In this document: positions 27,987-37,527 of the stretch, piece after piece | Position numbering within the stretch: the stretch's first letter is position 1 | How the letters are laid out: each line of letters begins with the position of its first letter | Program-made: the position numbers and the translations under genes | The notes under the pieces: model-generated | The model's database searches: none | What the model was told of the DNA's origin: nothing | What the model saw: the letters and a program-made list of their open reading frames with translations, nothing else | Assembly (NCBI GenBank): GCA_041746755.1 | Contig: JBGTGL010000076.1 | Span: 1-47,876, forward strand | Direction of reading: 5' to 3' | Source: Acidimicrobiia bacterium | GTDB taxonomy: Bacteria > Actinomycetota > Acidimicrobiia > Spongiisociales > ZC4RG35 | DNA: 47,876 nt

Positions 27987-28170
27987 CCGGGGGCAACGCA
28001 ATCTCACCAGTGTTGGTCAAGGCCCTCACCCACCTCGAGAGCCGATTCCCAGAAGGATCGCGCGACATCTGCTTTGCCTTTTCCTCGGCGTCGATGTGAT
28101 CGAGGACAACGGCGATTACAGCCGCCTCGAAGATCCCGGCGCCGCCCTTGATTTCAACTCCATCGCTCAT
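27973..28170 (-). CDS. small hypothetical protein translationally coupled to mce (acyl-CoA carboxylase epsilon-like pattern, speculative)
   Basis: 65 aa. Its ATG overlaps the mce stop (ATGA). IKGGAGIFEAAVIAVVL...SRW loosely recalls AccE-type small subunits. Confidence 0.3.
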   Translation of the reverse strand: MSDGVEIKGGAGIFEAAVIAVVLDHIDAEEKAKQMSRDPSGNRLSRWVRALTNTGEIALPPATPR

Positions 28171-28571
28171 CGCAATTCCACCAATTCAATCAGCGTCCCG
28201 CCCATATCAGCAGGGTGGACGAAAGCGATCTTCGCGCCGCGACCGCCGATCCGGGGAGTCTCGTCAATCAAACGGGCACCTTGCTCATGTAGATGTGACA
28301 AGGCGTGGTCGATGTTGGTTACCGCATAGGCAACATGGTGAAGTCCCTCGCCGTTCTTCTCCAAGAACTTTCCTACAGGCGAGTTGGGCGACAATGGCTG
28401 CAGGAGTTGGATGAACGAACCTCCGACCGGAATCATCGCTTCCTCGACGCCCTGCTCCTCGACGACCTCCCGATAGAGGGGCTCGACCCGATATCGCTCT
28501 CGATAGCCAGCTACCGCGCTATCCAGATCCTGAACTGCGATGGCGACATGGTCCAGATTGAGGAGTTTCAT
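28167..28571 (-). CDS. mce: methylmalonyl-CoA epimerase (VOC/glyoxalase fold)
   Basis: Track ORF 28167..29129. The family-length protein starts at ATG 28571 (MKLLNLDHVAIAV). GEGLHHVAY and AFVHPADMGGTLIELVE motifs. Confidence 0.8.
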   Translation of the reverse strand: MKLLNLDHVAIAVQDLDSAVAGYRERYRVEPLYREVVEEQGVEEAMIPVGGSFIQLLQPLSPNSPVGKFLEKNGEGLHHVAYAVTNIDHALSHLHEQGARLIDETPRIGGRGAKIAFVHPADMGGTLIELVELR

Positions 28572-28694
28572 CTTCGGACACGATAAACAAACCGTTCTGT
28601 GAGTGTCTGCATACCTCACAGGTGTATAAACCCGCACTGAACGGATGAAATAGAGACAGCGGTCACGATTAACATCTGATGTACAGGAGGTTTC

Positions 28695-29879
28695 ATGAAC
28701 AAATCTGTCATCACTGGTATCGCCCGAACACCGATCGGGAAGTACGGCGGTTCGTTGAAAGCGCTGCGCGCCGTAGACCTCGGCGGGGTAGCGATAAAGG
28801 CTGCCGTGGATCGGTCCGGAGTGGCACCGGAAGCCTTTGATGAGGTGCTGTTCGGACATGTGCTTCAGGCGGGTGAAGGACAGATAACCGCCCGACAGGC
28901 TGCGGTTGCAGGGGGCCTCCCAATGACCATCCCCTCTACAACCATCAACAAGGTGTGCCTCTCCGGAATGTCGGCAGTGGGCCTCGCCGATCGGGCCATC
29001 AAAGTGGGTGATGCCAAGTTTGTGCTTGCCGGTGGGATGGAGTCGATGACCAATAGCCCTTACGTCGTGCGAGAAGCAAGATGGGGAGCCCGCATCGGTG
29101 ACATCAACATGATCGACGTCATGCAACACGACGGCCTATTTTGCGCTTTTGACCATTGCACCATGGGCGAATCGTCGGATCACAAGAACGCCCAATTGGG
29201 AATCTCCCGCTCCGAACAAGATGAGTGGGCAGCTCGAAGCCATGAGCGCGCCGCTGCCGCCACCTCTGACGGAACTTTTGCCGGGGAGATCGCACCGGTC
29301 ACAATTCCACAAAGGAAAGGTGACCCGATTTCGATGGCTGTCGACGAGGGGATTCGGAGCGATTCGACGGCTGAGAGTCTGGGCGGGTTACGAGCGGCGT
29401 TTGTCGAGGGTGGGACCATCACAGCAGGGAACGCATCCCAGGTGTCCGACGGTGCGGCCGCCCTGGTCGTGGCCGAGGCAGGGGCAGCCGATGCTGCCGG
29501 CTCGCCGATTTTGGCCGAAATTCTCGGGTACGGTCAGATTGGCGGAATCGACGCCACGCTTCACGAAAGGCCGGCCGAAGCTCTCGCCGTAGCCCTCAAG
29601 AAAGCTGGGATCGCCCCCACCGATCTCGACGTGGTTGAGATAAACGAAGCCTTCGCAGCCGTGCCGCTGTGGTCGGCGAGGATGTTGGACATCCCGGAAT
29701 CGAAGGTCAATGTCAACGGAGGAGCAGTGGCTCTGGGCCACCCTCTCGGCGCTTCGGGCGCCAGACTGATCGTCACGTTGATCAACGCGCTCCGCACACG
29801 AGGAGGCGGAGTTGGCGCCGCGGCGCTTTGTGGCGGTGGCGGCCAGGGTGACGCGATCGTCGTTAGAGTCGGAGCCTGA
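28695..29879 (+). CDS. acetyl-CoA C-acetyltransferase (thiolase II)
   Basis: 394 aa. Active-site NKVCLSGM, NGGAVALGHPLGASG, CGGGGQG. SD AGGAGG upstream. Confidence 0.9.
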   Translation: MNKSVITGIARTPIGKYGGSLKALRAVDLGGVAIKAAVDRSGVAPEAFDEVLFGHVLQAGEGQITARQAAVAGGLPMTIPSTTINKVCLSGMSAVGLADRAIKVGDAKFVLAGGMESMTNSPYVVREARWGARIGDINMIDVMQHDGLFCAFDHCTMGESSDHKNAQLGISRSEQDEWAARSHERAAAATSDGTFAGEIAPVTIPQRKGDPISMAVDEGIRSDSTAESLGGLRAAFVEGGTITAGNASQVSDGAAALVVAEAGAADAAGSPILAEILGYGQIGGIDATLHERPAEALAVALKKAGIAPTDLDVVEINEAFAAVPLWSARMLDIPESKVNVNGGAVALGHPLGASGARLIVTLINALRTRGGGVGAAALCGGGGQGDAIVVRVGA

Positions 29880-30868
29880 TGGCCGAACCAGTTGAAAGAA
29901 ACCTCGGCCTTGACCTGGTCAGGGTCACTGAGACTGCCGCGATGGGGGCCGGTCGCTGGCTGGGGAGAGGCAACAAGGAAGCCGCTGATCAGGCAGCCGT
30001 CGATGGAATGCGCCTCCATCTCTCCACCATCGATATCGACGGACTTGTTGTGATCGGAGAGGGCGAGAAGGACGAAGCCCCGATGTTGTTCAACGGGGAA
30101 CGGGTTGGCACCGGCCAGGGTGTTGTCGTCGATGTCGCTGTCGATCCGGTCGACGGGACTTCCCTGACCGCAGCCGGCAATCCTGGAGCCATTGCGGTGA
30201 TGGCACTTTCCGAGGGGCGAGGCAGCATGTACGCCCCCGGATCGTTGGTTTACATGGACAAGATCGCCGTCGGCCCCGAGGCTGCTGGCGTGATCGATCT
30301 CGATGCTCCGGTAGCCGACAACTTGACGGCTGTGGCGAAGGCCAAGGACAAAGATGTCAACGACCTTCGGGTCCTGATCCTCGACCGGGACCGCAACCAG
30401 GGCTATATCGACGCCGTCCGCGCTGCCGGCGCGCGAATATCACTCATTCGCGATGGCGATGTCGCCGGCGCCATAGCCACTGCGCAGGACGAAACAGCGG
30501 CGGACATCCTGTTGGGCATTGGGGGCTCTCCGGAAGCGGTTCTCGCTGCTGCCGCGCTCCTTTGCATGGACGGGGAAATGCAGTGCCGGCTCTGGCCCCG
30601 CGACGAATCGGAGAGAAATTACGCTCGGGACGAGGGCCTGGATTTGGATCAGGTGATGACTACCAGTGACCTCGTCAACTCGGATAATGTCTTTTTCGCT
30701 GCCACGGGAGTCACCGGCGGCGAGTACCTCAAGGCGGTCGAATACCGGGGACACACCGTGGTCACCCACTCAGTGATCATGCGCTCCAAAACGGGTTCGA
30801 TACGCTACATGACGGCCTATCACAATCTCGACCGTCTCAACCACATCTCTGCCACCACCCTGGACTGA
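29879..30868 (+). CDS. glpX: class II fructose-1,6-bisphosphatase GlpX
   Basis: 329 aa. LVRVTETAAMGAGRWLGRGNKEAADQAAVDGMR and GEGEKDEAPML are typical GlpX sequences. Start overlaps the thiolase stop. Confidence 0.9.
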   Translation: MAEPVERNLGLDLVRVTETAAMGAGRWLGRGNKEAADQAAVDGMRLHLSTIDIDGLVVIGEGEKDEAPMLFNGERVGTGQGVVVDVAVDPVDGTSLTAAGNPGAIAVMALSEGRGSMYAPGSLVYMDKIAVGPEAAGVIDLDAPVADNLTAVAKAKDKDVNDLRVLILDRDRNQGYIDAVRAAGARISLIRDGDVAGAIATAQDETAADILLGIGGSPEAVLAAAALLCMDGEMQCRLWPRDESERNYARDEGLDLDQVMTTSDLVNSDNVFFAATGVTGGEYLKAVEYRGHTVVTHSVIMRSKTGSIRYMTAYHNLDRLNHISATTLD

Positions 30869-30902
30869 ATCCCGGACCCCCGGGTGCCTTCAGCGTCATC
30901 GT

Positions 30903-30947
30903 TCATCGTGCATGGAGTCCCGAAAAACGGGACCGTATGCACGATCA
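30903..30947. repeat. imperfect palindromic intergenic element, copy B
   Basis: tcatcgtgcatggagtcccg-aaaaa-cgggaccgtatgcacgatca, between the convergent ends of glpX (+) and a membrane-protein gene (-). Arms are related to copy A. Confidence 0.5.
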
Positions 30948-30964
30948 ATCCGCTGGGCGTGTGC

Positions 30965-31471
30965 TCAGCCAACCAGGCCGGAGCGGCGCCAGGTCCGAAT
31001 CACCCATCCACCAGCGACGACGAGAGCAGCAACACCGGCAACCCTGACCAGAAGACCGCTGGTGTCTGTGCCTGACACCAAAAGCTGCATCATCTCGACA
31101 GCTACCCCAGCAAGGAGAGCTGATGTGACTGCCCTGAGCATCACCACAAGCGGGTCGATGGGACGAACCCGCAGCGTAAATGAAATCGACGCTGTCTCAA
31201 TCACCAGAATCAGCAGCGCAGTCTGAACCCAGAGATCCGGGACAATGGGAGCGCCCACTGCACCAATCAACCCGAGGCGGAGAATAAACCCCACTGCCAC
31301 AGCAGCTACCGCCCCTTGGTGGCCGATGGCGAGGCCCAGAGCCAGCAATCCAATCGTCACCCATCCAACCAGGACCACCAACCCGGATGCAGCTTGTGGG
31401 GACGACCAGAAGTTGAGGCCCATCGCCAGCAACACCGAGAGAAGAGCTGTCAGCCGAGTTGGCGTCGCCAC
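30965..31471 (-). CDS. small integral membrane protein (last gene of the MoxR/DUF58 cluster)
   Basis: 168 aa, almost entirely hydrophobic segments. Overlaps the DUF58 gene by 22 nt. Confidence 0.5.
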   Translation of the reverse strand: MATPTRLTALLSVLLAMGLNFWSSPQAASGLVVLVGWVTIGLLALGLAIGHQGAVAAVAVGFILRLGLIGAVGAPIVPDLWVQTALLILVIETASISFTLRVRPIDPLVVMLRAVTSALLAGVAVEMMQLLVSGTDTSGLLVRVAGVAALVVAGGWVIRTWRRSGLVG

Positions 31472-32739
31472 GACATCCTCCAGAGTTCAAGTTGATGGAG
31501 AGGGACTTCCGGACTGTCGGCGGGGTCCCACAGGGCGTTGGGGATCCCTACCGCGGAAAGCCGATCACGAAGTCGGTCTCGGTCCAATCGCCAGATCCGC
31601 CGTCCCAAAGCCCTGTCTTCTCGTTGCGCCTCGGGCAATTCTCCGCTCGCATCAATCTCGATAACAGAGACATCTACGCCCGAGCGTCGGACGGCGTTGA
31701 GCAGGCCGCCCATGTTTGGGTCAAGAAGAGGAGTCAAAGCAATCACCATCGAAGGGCGCTTTGCGGCGCGCACGACGGTGCGTTCCACCGCATCCCAGAC
31801 AACCTCTCCTGGCACCACTCCAAGCAGCTGCTCCAGAAGTCTTCGCCTGTGCAATTCGCCCGTCCCCGGCCCCACCCACCGGCAGAGGCCATCGAGAGTC
31901 ACCAAGCCGAGACGGTGACGGTGACGGGCATGGCTCTGCAGCAAAGCGGCGGCCAACCGGACCGACCGGTCCACGAGGGCCCGAAGCTCCGTACCCGACT
32001 CGAGCTGTGCATCCACCAGCAATAAGACGTCTCCGTTGCGCTCCGGATGGCGTTCATTGACCCAGAGTCCTTCTGCCCGTGACGAGACCCGCCAGTTGAT
32101 GTTCCGTGGATCGTCACCTTGGCGAAATCCCCTCAGATCGGCAAACTCTGAACCCGGACCTCTGCTTTTCGAGACGAGGTCGCCAGCATGAAGGTTGGTC
32201 TCGATGGGTGCCAGCAGCCTCCGTAACGCAGTCTCTTCGGGAATCACCACCCAGCTTCGACGCTCCCCCGAGCGGTTTCTGGAATCGAACATTCCCAACG
32301 GGGACTCGGTGTAAGTCACGATGGGCCCGACATGATGTCGACCCCAGCCGCTGGTATCCACCGCCAAAAGCAGATCTCGGGTTCCATCGACTGACGGCAC
32401 GGTCAGTCGATTGTCAGAGAGCACCCGACATCCCTGAGCCGAATCGACTACCAACCCCTCACTCGCGCTTAGGTCGAGATAGGTCCGGCCGGCCCGTCCC
32501 TCTGTGGTCAATCGAATGCGAACGGTTCGTTTCTCGCCTTCGATCATCGATTGCGGCCACTCGATGACCTCCGCTGTCACAACCTGGCTTCTCCCGCCGG
32601 CAATACCTACCACGGCGATCACCAGAAGCGCCGTACCGACCATGACCGGAGCAGGGCTACCGGCGGCAAGCCCGATCGCCAGGCCAACAAGGCCGCCCGT
32701 TATGTAGGCACGGAGCCGAATACTCGGTGTGACTTTCAA
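31450..32739 (-). CDS. DUF58 domain protein (vWA-like) with N-terminal TM helices
   Basis: 429 aa. GSEFADLRGFRQGDDPRNINWRVSSR is the typical DUF58 signature. 4-nt overlap with moxR. Confidence 0.8.
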   Translation of the reverse strand: MKVTPSIRLRAYITGGLVGLAIGLAAGSPAPVMVGTALLVIAVVGIAGGRSQVVTAEVIEWPQSMIEGEKRTVRIRLTTEGRAGRTYLDLSASEGLVVDSAQGCRVLSDNRLTVPSVDGTRDLLLAVDTSGWGRHHVGPIVTYTESPLGMFDSRNRSGERRSWVVIPEETALRRLLAPIETNLHAGDLVSKSRGPGSEFADLRGFRQGDDPRNINWRVSSRAEGLWVNERHPERNGDVLLLVDAQLESGTELRALVDRSVRLAAALLQSHARHRHRLGLVTLDGLCRWVGPGTGELHRRRLLEQLLGVVPGEVVWDAVERTVVRAAKRPSMVIALTPLLDPNMGGLLNAVRRSGVDVSVIEIDASGELPEAQREDRALGRRIWRLDRDRLRDRLSAVGIPNALWDPADSPEVPLHQLELWRMSWRRQLG

Positions 32740-33719
32740 GGCATTAGATCGCTGGGCAACGCTGGAGGGGTGGCAATCTCCTCGAGGATCTCCTCGATGA
32801 CCTTTTCTTCCGTGAAATCCTGCGCCCAGTATTCGGGCCTCATGATTAGACGGTGCGCCAGAGCTGGAACCGCCACGTCCTGCACATCATCAGGGATGAC
32901 GTAGCTCCTTCCGGAGAGCAACGCCCGGGCCCGGGCCAACTTCATCAGTGCTAGCGAACCTCGTGGACTTGACCCGACCCTCACCCGACCTGATGCTCGG
33001 GTGGCAGCTGCGATGTCGACGATGTACTTCCCCACTGACTCAGCCACATGGACATCCTCCACTGCGGCTTGCATCTTGAGAATGGTCGTCCTGTCGACGA
33101 TCTGTTCCAAAATGATGTCATCGGACTTCCGATCGGCACGATCTGAGAGGATCGCCCACTCCGATTCGCGATCGGGATAGCCGAGACGAACCCGGGCAAT
33201 GAAACGATCGATCTGGGCTTCGGGAAGCGGATAAGTGCCTTCGTACTCGATGGGATTCTGGGTGGCGATAACCAGAAAAGGCGGGCCTAGTAGATGAGTA
33301 TCGCCGTCCACTGTGACCTGTCGTTCCTGCATAGCCTCCAACAACGAGGCCTGCGTCTTGGCCGGTGCTCGATTGATCTCATCGGCAAGTAGCAAGTTCG
33401 TAAATACCGGCCCGGGCCGGAACTCGGGCCGCGATGTCAGCGGATCGAGCACCATCGACCCGGTGATATCCATCGGCATAAGGTCGGGAGTGAATTGCAC
33501 CCGGGAGAACTCCATGTCGGCGACCGCGGCAAACGACCTGGCAAGCAAAGTCTTGGCCAACCCGGGCAAATCCTCGATCAACACATGCCCATCGGCGAGA
33601 AACGCCATCAATATCAGACGGAGCGAGTCCCGTTTTCCGATAACAGCCCGCTCAACCTCATCAAGGATCAAATCGGCGAGCTCTGCAGCTCGATCGGTTC
33701 CGATGGACGCGAGGGTCAT
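32736..33719 (-). CDS. moxR: MoxR family AAA+ ATPase
   Basis: Track ORF 32736..33800. A likely start is ATG 33719 (MTLASIG), overlapping the upstream stop as ATGA. Walker A LPGLAKT, Walker B LLADEINRA, ATQNPIEYEGTYPLPEAQ.DRF. Confidence 0.9.
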   Translation of the reverse strand: MTLASIGTDRAAELADLILDEVERAVIGKRDSLRLILMAFLADGHVLIEDLPGLAKTLLARSFAAVADMEFSRVQFTPDLMPMDITGSMVLDPLTSRPEFRPGPVFTNLLLADEINRAPAKTQASLLEAMQERQVTVDGDTHLLGPPFLVIATQNPIEYEGTYPLPEAQIDRFIARVRLGYPDRESEWAILSDRADRKSDDIILEQIVDRTTILKMQAAVEDVHVAESVGKYIVDIAAATRASGRVRVGSSPRGSLALMKLARARALLSGRSYVIPDDVQDVAVPALAHRLIMRPEYWAQDFTEEKVIEEILEEIATPPALPSDLMP

Positions 33720-34174
33720 AACGCTTCCAGTTTTCGCACGAGAACCTCGAGGCCTTCGGTGGTCAGGTTTTCGTCGTCGGAGTCCATGAGCATTTTCCAT
33801 TCCTCGCTTCCCATCAAGGTCTTCGCCTTGGGTGATTCCAATGTCAGTCCGTGGGCGCCCAATCGATGAGCAGCAATTCGTTGCAATGTCGGCCTGAGCC
33901 GCCGATCAGGTGCCACGTATCCAGTCGTTGCATCGATGACGGATAGTTCCATGGCAGCCAGCGTACGAGGGAGGCGGGGCGGATCGTATTTCGGCAGGCG
34001 GAAAAGCGGTTCTGACAGGGGGTCATTGCTCTGGGGGATCTTCCGATACATGAAGATCAGAAGCAGAAGCAGGAGGACCTCCCACAAAGCGAGCTCGGTC
34101 GTTCCCTGCAACTGATAGAGAATCAGCGCCGCCATTCCGGCTGCGAGAACCGCGCCGCCGAGCAGGCGGATCAT
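33716..34174 (-). CDS. small membrane protein of the MoxR cluster
   Basis: 152 aa with two N-terminal hydrophobic helices. Overlaps both neighbours by 4 nt. Confidence 0.5.
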   Translation of the reverse strand: MIRLLGGAVLAAGMAALILYQLQGTTELALWEVLLLLLLIFMYRKIPQSNDPLSEPLFRLPKYDPPRLPRTLAAMELSVIDATTGYVAPDRRLRPTLQRIAAHRLGAHGLTLESPKAKTLMGSEEWKMLMDSDDENLTTEGLEVLVRKLEAL

Positions 34175-35007
34175 GATGTCATGCTCGCTACCACCAATTC
34201 GGCGAGGCCCTCGGCCTCGATGGCGGTCGACTCGGATTGAGGAGTGAAGCCGAAACGAGCACGCCCGTAGAGGCTGCCGAGCCGTGAAACGCTGGTCGGG
34301 TCAACACCCAATTCTCGAGTCACCCTGATGGAATGCCGGTTCGCAGTCTCGGTGACGCGGCGAGGCACTCCCCGGGCAGCGGCTGTCTCTTCAAACTCCA
34401 AGTACGCCTGAAGGACCCTTGACCTGGGGTCGGTGCCCGTCGCCAGCAGGTGGTCCTGGCTCGAGGTTATCGGCGCCGGGAGCACCGCTTCTCGGGGCAG
34501 GTCGGGCTCAAGGGTCGGATCGCCATCGCGAACCGAAACGCCGACACGGGTTAGCGCCGCGGCGACAATAGCTGCCAAAAGCAGGGAAAACAGCCATGCG
34601 CTGCTTCCGCTGGAGCCGGGAGCAACCTGGTCAACGGCTTCCTCGTTTCCGGTCACGGTTTCGGGATTGAAAAAAGTGTCGGCCAGAGGGCGCACGTAAC
34701 GGAATATGAGGAAGAAGGCGATGACACCAAGAACCAATCCGAGATAGCTCCGTTTTCTTCGATCCTGGCGGGGCTTGGCTTGTTGCAAGCCCAGAGCGAA
34801 AAGCACCACTCCGACAACGGCCATCGCGACGACTATCCAGGCAAAGATCCGACTGATATCGAGGTCGAGACGGGAATTCACCTCAAAGAGGGGGTCGTCG
34901 GTCGAAGTTCCCGGTCGGGAACGAGCGGCTACGGCAACCACGAAACCGAGGAGTAGAACCGTGACTGCACCGAGTGCCATCGACACGTAACGTCGGGCCG
35001 GTGTCAT
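34171..35007 (-). CDS. DUF4129 domain membrane protein
   Basis: 278 aa with TM segments. C-terminal VLQAYLEFEETAAARGVPRRVTETANRH...LGSLYGRARFG matches the DUF4129 pattern as I recall it. Confidence 0.6.
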   Translation of the reverse strand: MTPARRYVSMALGAVTVLLLGFVVAVAARSRPGTSTDDPLFEVNSRLDLDISRIFAWIVVAMAVVGVVLFALGLQQAKPRQDRRKRSYLGLVLGVIAFFLIFRYVRPLADTFFNPETVTGNEEAVDQVAPGSSGSSAWLFSLLLAAIVAAALTRVGVSVRDGDPTLEPDLPREAVLPAPITSSQDHLLATGTDPRSRVLQAYLEFEETAAARGVPRRVTETANRHSIRVTRELGVDPTSVSRLGSLYGRARFGFTPQSESTAIEAEGLAELVVASMTS

Positions 35008-35657
35008 CGGATGTGGCCTTTGATGAATTCCACACCTTCACGCAACGAGCTGACGACGGGTGCGCCCAGCGCATCCAACGTCCAACGGTGATGAGATCCC
35101 CCGTCGTAAATCACCACCCTTGCTCCAACCGCAATCGCTGCGGCGTGGTCGTCAGGAGTATCACCAATCAGCCAAACTGAGCCCGGATCGAGCTGCATGG
35201 CGGCGAGATGAGTCTTCAGATACGACTCTTTCAGCCCTCCGTTGGCAGTGTCCAATCCGTCGATCCGACGAAAATAGCCATCGATCCCATGAGCGCGCAC
35301 CGTTGAGATCAAATGGTCCTGGGTGCTCATCGACAGGAGAGATTGTCCCCAAGCCCAATCTGCGGCGAGCTGGAGCGATTCCTCCGCGCCGGCGGCGAGG
35401 CTGATGTCGTCGACCACCTCGTAGTAGTAATCATGGAAGGTTTTGTTCAAATCGGCCCACTCCATGTCAGTGACCGGCCGATCGAACAGGTTGTCGTAGA
35501 ACCGCCGCACCGGTCTGGTGAAGTGATTCCGATAGTCATCGCCGCCGACCGGCGGAAGGCCATATCTGCCAACAGACGTACTCACTGCCCGGAGAACAGC
35601 GGGCAAATCGGCGAGAAGCGTGCCGTTCCAATCCCAAACGATGTGGACATACGCCAT
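35004..35657 (-). CDS. HAD superfamily hydrolase (phosphoglycolate phosphatase-like)
   Basis: 217 aa. DxD nucleophile motif VWDWNGTL and late motif LIGDTPDD. Confidence 0.75.
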   Translation of the reverse strand: MAYVHIVWDWNGTLLADLPAVLRAVSTSVGRYGLPPVGGDDYRNHFTRPVRRFYDNLFDRPVTDMEWADLNKTFHDYYYEVVDDISLAAGAEESLQLAADWAWGQSLLSMSTQDHLISTVRAHGIDGYFRRIDGLDTANGGLKESYLKTHLAAMQLDPGSVWLIGDTPDDHAAAIAVGARVVIYDGGSHHRWTLDALGAPVVSSLREGVEFIKGHIR

Positions 35658-35677
35658 GGCAGCAGGTTACGGGATTA

Positions 35678-36859
35678 CTACTTGATCCACACCCCGACCG
35701 CCGAAGGTTGCAGAGTCTCATTGACAATTCCAACCCAGTCGTCGGTCAAGCCGCCGACATCTGTCTGATTTTGGAGCCGGTTGGCGAAGTCCTCGACCAG
35801 CCGCTCCATGTCATATCTAGATCTGTAGAACCGGCGATCGACCCATCGCAACACCGCCCGACGAACCGGATTGAAGAGGGCCGCCACGGTCAAAGTCGCC
35901 CCGGCGACGAACAGCGGTGAGTCTCCAGCGAACCTGCTTGGCAGCCAGATGGCAACACCGATGTACACCACGGCGAGAACGCCGATCACCAAGGCGTATC
36001 CAACAGTGCGGGAGACGAATCGATCGATGTCGAAGAGCCGGTACTTGAGCACTCCGAATGCGATGGAAACGGCGAGCAGGTTGATCGACAATCCGAGAAG
36101 TGTGTCTGCCAACCCGCCGACGGCGAAACCCGAGGTGACAGCCGAGATCGTATAGATGATTCCAAAGATGAGGACAGCGACCAGCATCCATTTGATTTGT
36201 TGGCGTTCAACCCTTTGTGCGCGTTGGAACCTGAGGGTGAGGGCTGCAACTCCTGATAAGGCGAGAACGACCAGGCCGGCACTCCACACCACGACTAGTG
36301 ACCCGGCAAAGAAGTCAGTGGAGATGACACCGATTGGATTCACAACTGCCCAATCACCTTCTGATGGACCGAGCTCTACCGAGAACCAAGCGAGGAGCAC
36401 CATCACCAGAATCATCGCCGCTTCCAAGCCAACCAGAATTCTCCATCGAGACGAAAGCAATTCGCCATTGGGAAAAACCAGCATCAAATGAAAGAGGGGG
36501 AAAATCAGGAGCACCCAAGAAAATTGCTCGAAACCGAGCGCCAAAACACCCAATCCGGAAAGCGTGGTCGGCACCGGGTCCAGATCAACGTAATAGCTCG
36601 CGATAAGCGATGAGATCACAAAGCTCACAGCGGGGACTATCAATACCCAGCCGACCAAGTTTCGGGGCTGTCTGGAAAGAATCGCAGCTGAGGTCGCGGC
36701 GAACGAGATCGGGATGGCGACAAATAGTGCGGCCGCGAACCAGTCCAACAGGCTGGTCGCATCCAGGTCCGGCAAACTGACGGCAACCAGGTAGACCACA
36801 CCAGCGGCCACCGAAATGGCCGATATCCACGCCAACCGGGGAACAAAGCGCTCCATCAT
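35678..36859 (-). CDS. polytopic integral membrane protein with cytoplasmic C-terminal tail, function unknown
   Basis: 393 aa with many hydrophobic segments. The tail FNPVRRAVLRWVDRRFYRSRYD resembles the sensor N-termini of some actinobacterial kinases, but no kinase domain is present. Confidence 0.5.
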   Translation of the reverse strand: MMERFVPRLAWISAISVAAGVVYLVAVSLPDLDATSLLDWFAAALFVAIPISFAATSAAILSRQPRNLVGWVLIVPAVSFVISSLIASYYVDLDPVPTTLSGLGVLALGFEQFSWVLLIFPLFHLMLVFPNGELLSSRWRILVGLEAAMILVMVLLAWFSVELGPSEGDWAVVNPIGVISTDFFAGSLVVVWSAGLVVLALSGVAALTLRFQRAQRVERQQIKWMLVAVLIFGIIYTISAVTSGFAVGGLADTLLGLSINLLAVSIAFGVLKYRLFDIDRFVSRTVGYALVIGVLAVVYIGVAIWLPSRFAGDSPLFVAGATLTVAALFNPVRRAVLRWVDRRFYRSRYDMERLVEDFANRLQNQTDVGGLTDDWVGIVNETLQPSAVGVWIK

Positions 36860-36933
36860 CGGATTATGACGTTATCGGCGATCACCATGACGGGTGATCA
36901 TTCATCGGCACCGTTACGAATTCGTTACGAGTT

Positions 36934-37527
36934 TTACAGCTCCAAGCGTCCGCTGAGGGCCCGGCCCAGGGTGATCTCATCTGCGTAGTCGAGGTCTCCA
37001 CCCACCGGCAGGCCTGACGCGAGTCGAGATACCTTGACGCCCATCGGTTTGAAATCGCGAGCGATAAACATTGCGGTGGCGTCGCCCTCGATCGTCGGGT
37101 TGGTCGCGACGATCAGTTCGGCGATCCCTTCGTCGGCAACCCGGCCTTTCAGCTCGCTGAGCCGGAGTTGATCGGCACCGACACCATTGATCGGAGATAG
37201 GGCACCTCCGAGAACGTGGTATCTCCCCCGGAATTCCTGGGTCCGCTCCACTACGACGATGTCCTGAGGACGTTCTACCACGCAAACCACGGTGTTATCC
37301 CGCTTCCCGTCGCGACATATGGCACATTCCTCATTGGCCGAAACGTTGAAGCACCGGGAGCACTGGCCGATTTGGTCACGCATATCGCTGATGGCTGCCG
37401 ATAGGCGTCGAGCATCTGCCTCATCGACAGTCAATAGATGAAATGCCAGGCGCTGCGCCGTCTTTCCGCCGATCCCGGGGAGACGGGCGAGCTCGTCGAT
37501 CACTCTTTGTACGGGTCCTTCGAACAT
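36934..37527 (-). CDS. recR: recombination protein RecR
   Basis: 197 aa. LPGIGGKTAQRLAFHLL (HhH), Zn finger CSRCFNVSANEECAICRD, Toprim region. Confidence 0.92.
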   Translation of the reverse strand: MFEGPVQRVIDELARLPGIGGKTAQRLAFHLLTVDEADARRLSAAISDMRDQIGQCSRCFNVSANEECAICRDGKRDNTVVCVVERPQDIVVVERTQEFRGRYHVLGGALSPINGVGADQLRLSELKGRVADEGIAELIVATNPTIEGDATAMFIARDFKPMGVKVSRLASGLPVGGDLDYADEITLGRALSGRLEL

